From positions 143-64,142 of the forward strand of contig CAZNLT010000009.1 of the NCBI GenBank assembly GCA_964573705.1: 64,000 nucleotides of DNA. The letters are read 5' to 3'. Origin of the DNA: an uncultured Desulfobacterales bacterium. GTDB lineage: Bacteria; Desulfobacterota; Desulfobacteria; Desulfobacterales; Desulfococcaceae. Positions 54,651-64,000 of the stretch are shown one piece after another (the stretch's first letter is position 1; every line of letters starts with the position of its first letter). The notes beneath the pieces are model-generated. The model ran no database searches. It was not told the DNA's origin and saw nothing but the letters and a program-made list of their open reading frames with translations. The position numbers were made by a program, and so were the translations under genes.

Positions 54651-55552
54651 AGGACCGGATCGAAGCCTTTATCGGGGCCCTGGCCTTTGAAAAAGGGTAT
54701 TCCGACAGCACCTGCCGGGCTTATCGGTCCGATCTCGCAGAATTTTCCGAATACCTCGAGCCTCTGAGGCCGGAGAATGAATCGGCGCCGATGGGCCCCG
54801 AGGGGGTGGACGGCCGGATGATTCGAGGCTATCTGGGATATCTTCACCGAAAGAACAAGAAGAGCACCATTTCCAGGAAATTGGCGGCGGTTCGGTCCTT
54901 TTTCGGTTTCCTGATTCAGCGGGAAGAAATTCAGGCCGACCCCACCGATCAGGTGGCGACCCCGAAACAAGAGAAGCCGATTCCTGAATATCTTTCGGTG
55001 GATGATATGTTCCGGCTGCTGGAATCGATCGACACCGACACCCTGCTGGGCCGCCGAAACAAGGCCCTGTTTGAAACCCTCTATTCCGGCGGAATCCGGA
55101 TTTCCGAATTGGTGGGGATGAACCTCTTCGATGTCGATTATTCCCGGGGGCTGATCCGGGTGAAGGGAAAAGGCGACCGGGAGCGGATCGTGCCGGTGGG
55201 GCCGAAAGCCCTGAATGCGGTTTTGCACTATCGAAAGACCTTACAGGCTGAAGAGAAGATTTCAATGGAGACCGACGGCCCCCTCTTTTTGAACAAGGAT
55301 CTCGGCCGGCTGTCGGCCCGATCCGTTCGGCGCATTTTAGAGAAACTCACCCGGGAATGCGGGCTCCTGGTGTCGATATCGCCCCATGGGGTGCGTCATT
55401 CCTATGCCAGCCACATGCTCGATTCCGGTGCGGATCTGCGGTCCCTTCAGGAATTGTTGGGCCATAAAAATCTGTCCACCACACAAAAATACACCCATGT
55501 CAGTATCGAAAAGCTGATGGAGACCTATGACAAGGCCCATCCCCGCAAATAA
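54647..55552 (+). CDS. xerC: Tyrosine recombinase XerC
   Basis: The ATG at 54647 overlaps the HAD gene stop (ATGA). AFEKGYSDSTCRAYRSDLAEF, RNKALFETLYSGGIRISEL, PHGVRHSYASHMLDSGADLRSLQELLGHKNLSTTQKYTH. Conserved xerC-hslV-hslU synteny. Confidence 0.9.
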   Translation: MKDRIEAFIGALAFEKGYSDSTCRAYRSDLAEFSEYLEPLRPENESAPMGPEGVDGRMIRGYLGYLHRKNKKSTISRKLAAVRSFFGFLIQREEIQADPTDQVATPKQEKPIPEYLSVDDMFRLLESIDTDTLLGRRNKALFETLYSGGIRISELVGMNLFDVDYSRGLIRVKGKGDRERIVPVGPKALNAVLHYRKTLQAEEKISMETDGPLFLNKDLGRLSARSVRRILEKLTRECGLLVSISPHGVRHSYASHMLDSGADLRSLQELLGHKNLSTTQKYTHVSIEKLMETYDKAHPRK

Positions 55553-55576
55553 ATGCTTTCCGAAAAGGATGAACCC

Positions 55577-56110
55577 ATGAAAACCTTTCACGGCACCACC
55601 ATCCTGGCGGTTCGCCACCGGGGAAAAATCTGCGTGGCCGGGGACGGCCAGGTCACCCTGGGGGATAACATCGTCAAACACCAGGCCCGAAAGGTGCGGC
55701 GGATCTATAATGAAAAAATCGTGGTCGGATTCGCCGGGGCTTCGGCCGACGCCCTCAACCTGTCCGAACGGCTGGAAGGCAAGCTGGAACGCTACAACGG
55801 CAATTTGACCCGCAGCGCCGTGGAACTGGCCCGGGACTGGCGTACCGACAAATACCTTCGCCGGCTGGAGGCGATGATGATCGCCGCCGATGAAGCCAGC
55901 ATGTATCTGATCTCGGGAAACGGGGATGTGATCGAGCCGGACGAAGGCGTAGCGGCCATCGGTTCCGGCGGTGTGGCGGCCCAGGCCGCCGCGATGGCCC
56001 TGGTCCAAAAAAGCGATCTCGACGCTCGGTCGATCGTGGAAGAAGCCATGAAGATCGCCGCCGCCATCTGCATCTATACCAATAATGTCATTACACTTGA
56101 AACCCTGTAG
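55577..56110 (+). CDS. hslV: ATP-dependent protease subunit HslV
   Basis: MKTFHGTTILAVRHRGKICVAGDGQVTLG.., GFAGASADA, GSGG. An alternative upstream ATG lies at 55553. Confidence 0.93.
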   Translation: MKTFHGTTILAVRHRGKICVAGDGQVTLGDNIVKHQARKVRRIYNEKIVVGFAGASADALNLSERLEGKLERYNGNLTRSAVELARDWRTDKYLRRLEAMMIAADEASMYLISGNGDVIEPDEGVAAIGSGGVAAQAAAMALVQKSDLDARSIVEEAMKIAAAICIYTNNVITLETL

Positions 56111-56238
56111 CGGGTCCCCGGGGCCTGATTCGAATTTCGCGTTTATCGGTCCGGTGGGTTTGAATACCTCGGCGGGATTCTTATGTTGTTGGAACGGACT
56201 TTTTTTCCCATCGAATCGAATGAACAAGGGGTTGACCC

Positions 56239-57618
56239 ATGAGTGATTTAAAACCATCCGAAATCGTCACCGAACTGGATAAATACATAATCGGTCAGCA
56301 CCGGGCCAAACGATCCGTGGCCATTGCGCTGCGCAACCGGTGGCGCAGACGACAACTTGCGCCGGAGCTTGGGGAGGAGATCGCTCCCAAGAACATTATC
56401 CTGATCGGCCCCACCGGGGTCGGAAAGACCGAGATTTCCCGCCGGCTGTCCAAATTGACCGATTCCCCTTTCAACAAGGTGGAGGCATCCAAATTCACCG
56501 AGGTGGGGTATGTGGGCCGGGATGTGGAATCGATGGTCCGGGACCTGGTGGAGATCACCGTCAACACCATGAAGCTGCGGGAGCAGGAGGCGGTCAAAGA
56601 CAAGGCCCGCCGAATCGCCGAAGAGCGTCTTTTGGACCTGCTGCTGCCCAAATCCAGAGAATCCCACGGAAACCGGGACGAAAACACGGAAGGCTCTTCG
56701 GTGGAGCTGGTCACCCCGGAGCGCACCGGCGCGTCATCCACCCGGGAAAAGCTTCGCGGCATGCTTCGAAAAGGCAAGCTGGACGACCGGTATGTGGACC
56801 TGGACGTCTCCGACCGGTCCATGCCGATGGTGGAGATTTTCTCCAATGCCGGCATGGAGGAACTGGGAGTCAATTTCAAAGACATGTTCAGCAACCTCAT
56901 GCCCAAAAACACCAAGCGGCGCAAGGTGAAGGTCTCCGAGGCCATGGATCTTCTGGCCCAGGAAGAGGCCCAGAATCTGGTGGACATGGACAAGGTGGTC
57001 AAGGAATCCATCGAAAAGGTGGAGCAGTCGGGGATCATCTTTCTGGACGAGATCGATAAGATCGTGGGCAAGGATTCGGGCGGGGGCCACGGCCCGGATG
57101 TTTCCCGGGAAGGGGTGCAGCGGGATTTGCTGCCGCTGGTGGAAGGCTCCACCGTCACCACCAAATACGGCCCGGTCAAAACCGATCATGTCCTCTTTAT
57201 TGCGGCGGGGGCTTTTCATGCCATCAAGCCCTCGGATATGATTCCGGAACTTCAGGGTCGGTTTCCCATTCGGGTGGAGCTCGATTCACTCAGCCGGGAA
57301 GACTTCATCAAGATTTTGACCGAACCGAGAAACGCCCTGACCCTGCAGTATGAAGCGCTTCTCAAGACCGAAGGGGTGGCGGTGGTTTTTAAGGAAGACG
57401 CGGTGGAGACCATCGCCCAATATGCCCAGGAGGTCAACGAAAACACCGAAAACATCGGGGCCCGTCGGCTTCATACCATCCTGGAATGCCTTCTGGAGGA
57501 TATCCTGTTCGATGCACCGGACATGAAGGAGAAGCGCGTAGTCATCGACCGGGGGTATGTCGAGGACAAGCTTCAGGACATTAAATCGGACGAAGACCTG
57601 AGCCGGTACATTCTTTAG
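56239..57618 (+). CDS. hslU: ATP-dependent protease ATPase subunit HslU
   Basis: 459 aa. [15 protein letters not shown], Walker [44 protein letters not shown]. Confidence 0.97.
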   Translation: MSDLKPSEIVTELDKYIIGQHRAKRSVAIALRNRWRRRQLAPELGEEIAPKNIILIGPTGVGKTEISRRLSKLTDSPFNKVEASKFTEVGYVGRDVESMVRDLVEITVNTMKLREQEAVKDKARRIAEERLLDLLLPKSRESHGNRDENTEGSSVELVTPERTGASSTREKLRGMLRKGKLDDRYVDLDVSDRSMPMVEIFSNAGMEELGVNFKDMFSNLMPKNTKRRKVKVSEAMDLLAQEEAQNLVDMDKVVKESIEKVEQSGIIFLDEIDKIVGKDSGGGHGPDVSREGVQRDLLPLVEGSTVTTKYGPVKTDHVLFIAAGAFHAIKPSDMIPELQGRFPIRVELDSLSREDFIKILTEPRNALTLQYEALLKTEGVAVVFKEDAVETIAQYAQEVNENTENIGARRLHTILECLLEDILFDAPDMKEKRVVIDRGYVEDKLQDIKSDEDLSRYIL

Positions 57619-57627
57619 GAGACGGAC

Positions 57628-58503
57628 ATGAACGAACAGGTCGCCGACATTCTGATCGAGGCCCTGCCGTACATCCGCCGGTTTTCCGGGATGACCATCG
57701 TCATCAAGTACGGCGGCCATGCCATGGTGGACGAGCAGCTCAAGGAGGATTTTGCCCGGGACATCACTCTTTTGAAGCTTATCGGGATCAATCCGGTGGT
57801 GGTCCACGGCGGCGGTCCCCAGATCAGCAAGGTCCTGGAACAGATGGGGATCGCCTCCAGATTCGTCCGCGGAATGCGCCTCACCGACGCCCCCACCATG
57901 GATGTGGTGGAGATGGTGCTCGGCGGCAAGGTCAATAAATCGATCGTGGCCCAGATCAATCAACAGGGGGGCAAGGCGGTGGGGCTTTCGGGCAAGGACG
58001 GGCGGCTGATCATGGCCAAAAAGATGCACATCGTTTATCAGGAAGACGAGACCAAACCGCCGGAGATCATCGATCCCGGCCTGGTGGGGGAGGTGACCCA
58101 TGTGGACCCATCGGTCATCAACACCCTGACCGCCCGGGGATTTATCCCCATCATCGCCCCGGTGGGCGCCGGGGAGTCGGGAGAGACCTACAACATCAAC
58201 GCCGATCTGGTGGCCGGCAAGATCGCCCAGGCCCTCTCCGCCGGCCGGTTCATTCTGCTCACCGATGTGGACGGGGTGCTCGATGAAGGGGGGGAACTGA
58301 TCTCCTCCATCGATGCCGCCACCATCCAGCGGATGGTGGATGAAGGGTCCATCTCCGGCGGCATGATTCCCAAGATCGAACATGCCCTGGAGGCGCTTCA
58401 AAACGGGGTGGGAAAAACCCACATCATCAACGGCAAAAAACGGCACGCCCTGCTTCTGGAGCTTTTTACGGACAGCGGGATCGGGACTCAGGTGACGGTA
58501 TGA
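57628..58503 (+). CDS. argB: Acetylglutamate kinase
   Basis: 291 aa. [51 protein letters not shown]. Confidence 0.96.
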   Translation: MNEQVADILIEALPYIRRFSGMTIVIKYGGHAMVDEQLKEDFARDITLLKLIGINPVVVHGGGPQISKVLEQMGIASRFVRGMRLTDAPTMDVVEMVLGGKVNKSIVAQINQQGGKAVGLSGKDGRLIMAKKMHIVYQEDETKPPEIIDPGLVGEVTHVDPSVINTLTARGFIPIIAPVGAGESGETYNINADLVAGKIAQALSAGRFILLTDVDGVLDEGGELISSIDAATIQRMVDEGSISGGMIPKIEHALEALQNGVGKTHIINGKKRHALLLELFTDSGIGTQVTV

Positions 58504-59678
58504 CGGAAGCATTGAGAAAACAGGCGGATGCGGTCATGATGAGTACCTATCTTCGGCAGCCGGTGGTCCTGACCCGCGGCCGGGGATGCCGGGTCTGGGA
58601 CAGCGAAGGAAAGTCCTACCTCGATTTTATCGGCGGCATCGCGGTCTGCTGTCTGGGTCACGGACATCCCCGGGTGGTTCGGGCTTTGTGCCGGCAGGCC
58701 GAAGCCCTGTTTCATGTGTCCAACCTATACTACACCGCTCCCCAGGTCGACCTGGCCGCCTGGCTGGTGGACCATTCTTTTGCGGACCGGGTTTTCTTCT
58801 GCAACAGCGGGGCGGAAGCCAATGAGGCCGCCATCAAGCTGGCCCGGCGGTATTTTCATGAAAAGGGAGAGACCGGCCGGTTTCGAATCGTCTCCGCAGA
58901 AAAATCCTTTCACGGCCGCACCATGGCCGCTCTGTCGGCCACCGGTCAGGACAAGATCAAGACCGGTTTTTCACCGGTTCTGGAGGGCTTCGATTTTGTC
59001 CCCTTCAATGATCCGGAATCCGTCGAAAAGGCGGTGGAACCGGATACCTGCGCAGTGATTCTGGAGCCGATTCAAGGCGAGGGCGGGGTGGTGGAACCGG
59101 ACCCGGATTATTTAAAAAAGGTGCGGGAAATCTGCGACCGGTCCGGGGCTCTGCTGATCCTGGATGAGATTCAGACCGGGGTGGGTCGAACCGGAAAGCT
59201 GTTTGCCCATTCTCATTTCGGGATCACACCCGATATTATGACCCTGGCCAAGGCCTTGGGCAACGGCCTTCCCATCGGGGCGATGCTGGCCACGGAAACG
59301 GTGGCGTCGGCTTTCGGTCCGGGGGCCCACGCCACCACCTTCGGCGGCACTCCGATCATCACGGCCGCGGCACTGGAGACCCTCAAGACCCTGGAGGAAG
59401 AAGGGATCATCGATCATTGCGCCGAGATCGGGGCCTATTTCAAAGACCGCCTGATCGGCCTCCAGAAAGCCCATGAGAGCGTGGTCGAGGTCCGCGGAAG
59501 AGGGCTTTTGCTGGGCCTGGAACTGAGGGAATCGGGGGCCCCTCTGGTGACCGAGTGCCTGAGGCGCGGATTCCTGGTCAACTCTATTCAGGATCGCGTG
59601 CTGCGGTTTGCGCCGCCCCTGATCATTCAAAAAGAAGAGGTCGATTCGCTGGTGGAATGTCTGGACAACCTGCTGTAA
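58500..59678 (+). CDS. argD: Acetylornithine aminotransferase
   Basis: 392 aa. [48 protein letters not shown] (PLP lysine). The start overlaps the argB stop. Confidence 0.95.
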   Translation: MTEALRKQADAVMMSTYLRQPVVLTRGRGCRVWDSEGKSYLDFIGGIAVCCLGHGHPRVVRALCRQAEALFHVSNLYYTAPQVDLAAWLVDHSFADRVFFCNSGAEANEAAIKLARRYFHEKGETGRFRIVSAEKSFHGRTMAALSATGQDKIKTGFSPVLEGFDFVPFNDPESVEKAVEPDTCAVILEPIQGEGGVVEPDPDYLKKVREICDRSGALLILDEIQTGVGRTGKLFAHSHFGITPDIMTLAKALGNGLPIGAMLATETVASAFGPGAHATTFGGTPIITAAALETLKTLEEEGIIDHCAEIGAYFKDRLIGLQKAHESVVEVRGRGLLLGLELRESGAPLVTECLRRGFLVNSIQDRVLRFAPPLIIQKEEVDSLVECLDNLL

Positions 59679-59718
59679 ATCTCGTGGATTGAATTGGATT
59701 GGAATCGGAAACGGGCTA

Positions 59719-59857
59719 TGATCACCGTTTCGGCCACCCCGGGATATTTTCCCGGCCCGGCAAGAACTCGCTGTCGCTCAAACAGCTTCCCGGCCCGGGA
59801 AAATATCCCGGGGTGGCCTTCCTGCCATTCAGGTAAGTTTGGCCGAAACGATGATCA
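59719..59857. repeat. Large imperfect palindrome / extended hairpin element in the argD-argG spacer
   Basis: Arm 59732-59760 (GGCCACCCCGGGATATTTTCCCGGCCCGG) is the reverse complement of 59790-59818 with 1 mismatch in 29, around a 29-nt loop. An outer pair, 59719-59735 / 59841-59857 (TGATCACCGTTTCGGCC vs GGCCGAAACGATGATCA, 1 mismatch), is offset by a 22-nt bulge and competes for the same GGCC. Confidence 0.8.
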
Positions 59858-59929
59858 AAGCCCGGACAAGTGGTGCCGAAAACGGAAGACCGCTGACGGC
59901 GCAGAAATAAGAACATTCAGGAGTATTTC

Positions 59930-61135
59930 ATGTCGGAAAAAGTCAATAAAGTGGTGCTGGCCTACTCGGGCGGACTGGATACCTCGGTAATTCTGAGATG
60001 GCTGATTGAAACCTATGACTGCGAGGTGGTCGCCTTTTCGGCGGACATCGGCCAGGATGAGGAACTGGATACGATCGAAGACAAGGCGACCCGCACCGGG
60101 GCGTCCAAGGTCTATATCGACGATCTTCAGGAAGAGTTTATTCGGGACTATGTTTTTCCGGCATTTCGGGCCAATGTACTCTACGAGGGGCAGTACCTTC
60201 TGGGGACCTCCATCGCCCGGCCCCTGATCGCCAAACGGCAGATCGAAATCGCCAACCTGGAAGGGGCCGATGCGGTCAGCCACGGCGCTACCGGCAAGGG
60301 CAACGATCAGGTCCGATTCGAGCTGAGCTACTATGCCCTGAAACCCGACATCAAGGTGATCGCCCCCTGGCGGGAGTGGGACCTCAATTCCCGGACCGCC
60401 CTGATGGAATTCGCCGCCACCCACCATATTCCGGTGCTGTCCACCCGGGCCAAACCCTACAGCACCGACCGGAACATGCTCCACATCAGCTATGAGGGCG
60501 GGATTCTGGAAGATCCCTGGGCCCCGCCGCCGGAGGATATCTATACCGTCACGGTATCCCCCAAGGATGCGCCGGACCAGGCCGAAGAGATCGAGATCAC
60601 CTTTGAGCAGGGGGACCCGATCGCGATCAACGGAAAGGCCCTGTCGCCGGCGACCCTGTTCCGGGAGCTGAACCGCATCGGCGGCAAACACGGCATCGGC
60701 CGGGCCGACCTGGTGGAGAACCGGTTCGTGGGCATGAAGTCCCGCGGGGTATACGAAACCCCCGGGGGCGCCATTTTGAGGACCGCCCATATCGCCATGG
60801 AATCGATTACCATGGACCGGGAGGTGATGCACCTTCGGGATTCCCTGATGCCCAAATACGCCCAGCTGATCTACAACGGGTTCTGGTTCTCCCCGGAGCG
60901 CGAGCTGATGCAGAAGATGATCGACGAATCCCAAACGGCGGTTTCCGGTATCGTGCGGCTGGAGCTTTACAAAGGAAACTGCAGAGTGCTGGGGCGGAAA
61001 TCCGATTTCACCCTCTACAGCGAAGCCTTCGCCACCTTCGAGGACGACACCGTCTACCGGCAGGGGGACGCCGAGGGATTCATCAAGCTGAACGCGCTTC
61101 GGCTTCGAATACGGGAAATGAACCGCAAAAAATAG
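59930..61135 (+). CDS. argG: Argininosuccinate synthase
   Basis: 401 aa. [42 protein letters not shown]. Confidence 0.97.
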   Translation: MSEKVNKVVLAYSGGLDTSVILRWLIETYDCEVVAFSADIGQDEELDTIEDKATRTGASKVYIDDLQEEFIRDYVFPAFRANVLYEGQYLLGTSIARPLIAKRQIEIANLEGADAVSHGATGKGNDQVRFELSYYALKPDIKVIAPWREWDLNSRTALMEFAATHHIPVLSTRAKPYSTDRNMLHISYEGGILEDPWAPPPEDIYTVTVSPKDAPDQAEEIEITFEQGDPIAINGKALSPATLFRELNRIGGKHGIGRADLVENRFVGMKSRGVYETPGGAILRTAHIAMESITMDREVMHLRDSLMPKYAQLIYNGFWFSPERELMQKMIDESQTAVSGIVRLELYKGNCRVLGRKSDFTLYSEAFATFEDDTVYRQGDAEGFIKLNALRLRIREMNRKK

Positions 61136-61158
61136 GGGTTACGGAGAGCATAGAAAAA

Positions 61159-62553
61159 ATGGACCGGAAGCTGTGGGACGGAAGATTTCAGGAAGGCACC
61201 GATTCCCTGGTGGAGCGGTTCACCGCTTCCATCGGGTATGATCGGCGGCTGTATGCCTGCGACATTCAGGGCAGCATCGCCCATTGCACCATGCTGGCGA
61301 AATGCGGGATCATCGGCCGGGAAGAATCGGACACCCTGATTCAGGGGCTGGTCCAGATTCAAAGGGAGATCGAGGCCGGCGACTTTACCTATGACGACCG
61401 CCTGGAAGACATTCACATGCACATCGAGTCGCGGCTCGGGGAGATCGTGGGCAAGGTCGCCCAGAAGCTTCACACCGCCCGAAGCCGAAACGACCAGGTG
61501 GCTTTGGACATTCGTCTCTATCTTCGGGAAGAAGTCCGGCGGATGATCGACGCGCTGAAAAACCTGCGGACCACCCTGGTCGACATGGCCGAGGAACATC
61601 TCGGCGCCGTGCTGCCCGGGTACACCCATCTTCAGCGGGCCCAGCCGGTGCTTCTTTCTCACCACCTCATGGCCTATTATGAAATGTTCACCCGGGATGC
61701 CGAGCGACTGGCCGACGGTCTTACCAGAATCAACATCATGCCTCTGGGCAGCGCGGCACTGGCCGGCACCACCTATCCCATCGATCGATCGTATGTGGCG
61801 GAGCTTCTCGGGTTTCCCCGGGTTTCAACCAACAGCATGGACACGGTGGCCGACCGGGATTTCGTTCTTGAATTTTTATCGGCCGCCGCCATCTGCATGA
61901 TCCACTTCAGCCGCCTTTCCGAAGAACTCATCCTCTGGTCTTCTTCCGAATTCGGGTTCGTGGAAATCTCCGATGCCTTTACCACCGGCAGCAGCATCAT
62001 GCCACAGAAAAAGAACCCGGACGTCTGCGAACTGGCCAGGGGAAAAACCGGCCGGGTGGTGGGGGACCTGGTGGCCCTGATGACCTTGATGAAATCGCTG
62101 CCCATGGCCTATAACCGGGACATGCAGGAAGACAAGGAGCCGCTCTTTGACGGGGTGGACACCCTCAAGATGATCATCGAGGTCTATACCCGAATGCTGC
62201 CCAACATCCGGTTCAATAAAGAAGCCATGGAGAACGCCACCCGAACCGGATTTTTGAATGCCACCGATATGGCCGATTACCTGGTGACCAAGGGGATGCC
62301 TTTTCGGGAGGCCCACGGCTGTGTCGGGCGAGCGGTCGGTCACGCCCTCTCGGAAAACCTGGAACTCCATGAGCTGAGCCTGGAAGCACTAAAGAAATTC
62401 TCCGATAGAATCGAAGCGGACATTTTCGATTATCTGTCCACGGATCAGGTGGTGAATCGACGGAAATCCGCCGGGGGAACCGCTGTTGAAAACGTTCGGG
62501 AAGCCATCGCTCTCGCGAGTGGTGCAATCGATAATGAACCGATCTACACCTGA
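61159..62553 (+). CDS. argH: Argininosuccinate lyase
   Basis: 464 aa. LWDGRF, HTARSRNDQV, GYTHLQRAQP, GSSIMPQKKNPD. Confidence 0.97.
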   Translation: MDRKLWDGRFQEGTDSLVERFTASIGYDRRLYACDIQGSIAHCTMLAKCGIIGREESDTLIQGLVQIQREIEAGDFTYDDRLEDIHMHIESRLGEIVGKVAQKLHTARSRNDQVALDIRLYLREEVRRMIDALKNLRTTLVDMAEEHLGAVLPGYTHLQRAQPVLLSHHLMAYYEMFTRDAERLADGLTRINIMPLGSAALAGTTYPIDRSYVAELLGFPRVSTNSMDTVADRDFVLEFLSAAAICMIHFSRLSEELILWSSSEFGFVEISDAFTTGSSIMPQKKNPDVCELARGKTGRVVGDLVALMTLMKSLPMAYNRDMQEDKEPLFDGVDTLKMIIEVYTRMLPNIRFNKEAMENATRTGFLNATDMADYLVTKGMPFREAHGCVGRAVGHALSENLELHELSLEALKKFSDRIEADIFDYLSTDQVVNRRKSAGGTAVENVREAIALASGAIDNEPIYT

Positions 62554-63004
62554 GGCCGGGATTCAGCGTAAAATTTTTTTATCGGTGATGATGGCGTTTT
62601 TCTCTATTACAGGGATTCTGGCCGGATGTGGGGTAAAAACCCCCCCGGTGCCTCCTCAACTAGAGCCGCCGCCGGCGGTGACCGATCTGGCCGGCTCCAT
62701 CGAGGGCGATGTCATTCAGCTGCGCTGGACCATTCCGGACTGGGAATCCGATAAAGACGATCTGGCCGGTTTTCGAATCTATCGGTCGCAAATTCCGCTC
62801 TCTGAAATGTTCTGTGAAGACTGCCCGATCACCTTTGAGCTGATTGATGAAGTTCCGATTACCCGGGCGAATCAAGAAACCGGCAACATGACCTACACCG
62901 ACCGACTGGAAAAGGGAAACCGCTATATTTATCGAATTCTTCCCGTCACCGAACTGGGGCTGATCGGGCCGGAATCCAACGTGATTCGCTTTACGCATTC
63001 CTGA
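62534..63004 (+). CDS. Lipoprotein with a fibronectin-type-III-like beta domain
   Basis: The ATG at 62534 (MNRSTPEAGIQRKIFLSVMMAFFSITGILAGC) gives a lipobox and overlaps the argH 3' end by 20 nt; the alternative ATG at 62588 does not overlap. ..IQLRWTIPDW..LAGFRIYRS..YIYRILPV.. looks FN3-like. Confidence 0.65.
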   Translation: MNRSTPEAGIQRKIFLSVMMAFFSITGILAGCGVKTPPVPPQLEPPPAVTDLAGSIEGDVIQLRWTIPDWESDKDDLAGFRIYRSQIPLSEMFCEDCPITFELIDEVPITRANQETGNMTYTDRLEKGNRYIYRILPVTELGLIGPESNVIRFTHS

Positions 63005-63036
63005 ACCTCGAATCGCACCCGACCGGAGTGGGGTCT

Positions 63037-63867
63037 ATGGACAAAATTCCTTTTTATAAAATGAGCGGCAGCGGAAACGATTTTATCATCATCGACAACC
63101 GCGAGGGGATCATGGATGAAGATCTCCTCAAGGAATTTATCGTTAAGGTCTGCGCCCGGGGAGTATCGGTCGGTGCCGACGGGTTGATCCTGATTGAACG
63201 ATCCGAATGGGCCAATTTCAAATGGCGGTTTTATAATGCCGACGGTTCCTCCGCCGAAATGTGCGGAAACGGATCCCGGTGTGCGGCCCGATTCGCCTTT
63301 CTGAACGGCATCGGCGGCCGCAGACTGACCTTTGAAACCGATTCAGGGATTATCCTCGCAGAGCTTATCGGGCGCCGGGCCAAGGTTCAACTGCCGGACC
63401 CGACCGACATGATAATCGGTCGGGAAATCGATTTGGAGGGGTCTCCGGTGGCCCTCAGCAGTCTTCGTGTGGGGGTGCCGCATGTGGTGGTGAAATCCGG
63501 CGAAATGGATGACCGGGAACTGGTGGCGTTGGGTCGGAAGGTCCGGTTCCATTCGGAGTTCGCTCCCGAGGGAGCCAATGTCAATTTCGTCCGCAGGGAA
63601 TCAGATGGTACCCTTCTCAACCGAACTTACGAGCGAGGGGTGGAAGGGGAAACCCTGGCTTGCGGCACCGGTTCCGCTTCCGCGGCCCTGGTGATGGCGG
63701 AAACAGAAGGAGAAGCATCGCCCATTCGCGTCCATACCAAAATCGGTACCCGGTTGAGCATCCATTTTGAAAGAACCGAAGCGGGCGAATATTACAACCT
63801 GTTCCTGGAAGGAGATGCGCGTCTGATCTACACCGGCGAACTCCGAAAAGAGGCCTGGAAGTGGTAA
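63037..63867 (+). CDS. dapF: Diaminopimelate epimerase
   Basis: MDKIPFYKMSGSGNDFIIID, AEMCGNGSRCAARF, LACGTGSASAA (both catalytic Cys regions). The track start is GTG 63028. Confidence 0.95.
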   Translation: MDKIPFYKMSGSGNDFIIIDNREGIMDEDLLKEFIVKVCARGVSVGADGLILIERSEWANFKWRFYNADGSSAEMCGNGSRCAARFAFLNGIGGRRLTFETDSGIILAELIGRRAKVQLPDPTDMIIGREIDLEGSPVALSSLRVGVPHVVVKSGEMDDRELVALGRKVRFHSEFAPEGANVNFVRRESDGTLLNRTYERGVEGETLACGTGSASAALVMAETEGEASPIRVHTKIGTRLSIHFERTEAGEYYNLFLEGDARLIYTGELRKEAWKW

Positions 63868-63884
63868 ACCGGAGCGCCTCCGAA

Positions 63885-64000
63885 ATGCACCGGGCCTGGG
63901 TTTCCATCGGGTCCAATATGGGGGACAAGGTCGGCCACTGCCGATTGGGAATGAAAGGATTGGAGGCATCCGGTCATTCGGTCATCATTGGGGTTTCCCG
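63885..64000 (+). CDS. folK: 2-amino-4-hydroxy-6-hydroxymethyldihydropteridine pyrophosphokinase (HPPK), 5' partial that runs off the window
   Basis: MHRAWVSIGSNMGDKVGHCRLGMKGLEASGHSVIIGVS matches the HPPK N-terminal pattern (..a.i.lGSNlGd....l..a...L......v..vS). Only 38 codons are visible. Confidence 0.5.
   Translation, partial: MHRAWVSIGSNMGDKVGHCRLGMKGLEASGHSVIIGVS

Noticed and set aside
46667-55552. Two tyrosine recombinase genes, considered as possible integrase markers of a mobile element.
   Set aside because: Both carry full XerD and XerC signatures and sit in conserved housekeeping contexts (xerC-hslV-hslU). No att-like repeats, tRNA targets or phage/ICE genes lie between or beside them.
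59719-59857. Whether the argD-argG repeats could be a CRISPR array or a transposon terminal inverted-repeat pair.
   Set aside because: There is only one inverted pair, with no direct-repeat/spacer periodicity, no cas genes or transposase, and only 29 nt between the arms.
59694-59990. A 98-aa ORF (and the antisense 59722-59916 ORF) spanning the argD-argG spacer.
   Set aside because: Both read straight through the two arms of the palindrome, so they are mirror images of each other. The 98-aa ORF also runs into argG out of frame. These are structural DNA/RNA elements, not coding sequence.
1-64000. A search for tRNA, rRNA, tmRNA, CRISPR and IS elements across the window.
   Set aside because: I saw no GTTCGAATC/GGTTCRANYC T-loop contexts with acceptor-stem pairing, no rRNA-like conserved blocks, no periodic direct repeats and no transposase-like ORFs. 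This was a by-eye scan, so tRNAscan-SE/Infernal should confirm it.

Overview
This is a 64-kb chromosomal segment of roughly 57-58% GC (estimated by eye). From gene content, I infer it comes from an anaerobic deltaproteobacterium or Desulfobacterota-type organism. Supporting content includes sigma-54/NtrC regulation, Fe-S/flavin oxidoreductase operons, an ADP-forming acyl-CoA synthetase and a class 1B PyrD.

Most of the window is densely packed housekeeping sequence:
- cheB, kdsB, guaA, efp
- a NAD salvage block (pncB, pncA, a nadD fusion, cinA/pncC)
- pyrD, xerD, galE, coaBC, a UDG, an NfeD-stomatin pair
- xerC-hslVU, argB-argD-argG-argH, dapF, and the start of folK

I found no rRNA, tRNA, CRISPR array or transposase.

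The most unusual content is a lower-GC accessory patch at about 28.3-32.1 kb. It holds a Uma2 nuclease, an orphan membrane-anchored protein, a decayed Mrp/ApbC gene and a DUF134 regulator. It leads into a tightly coupled five-gene operon (32.0-38.1 kb) encoding a non-canonical Hsp70 system:
- a ~920-950-aa all-helical repeat protein
- a minimal J-like protein whose catalytic HPD is replaced by TPE
- a GrpE-like protein
- a short-lid Hsp70
- a zinc-ribbon protein

This operon is my best candidate for an undescribed system.

Other notable items:
- a three-domain NadD-Nudix/NrtR fusion next to pncA-pncB
- a consensus sigma-54 promoter in front of a TauE-like/unknown-membrane-protein/HK/NtrC operon
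- a possible CU-rich small RNA with promoter, terminator and upstream palindromes at ~9.0-9.2 kb
- a large near-perfect palindrome between argD and argG
- a cheR remnant after an orphan cheB

All functional calls rest on motif recognition in the supplied translations. No database search was run.
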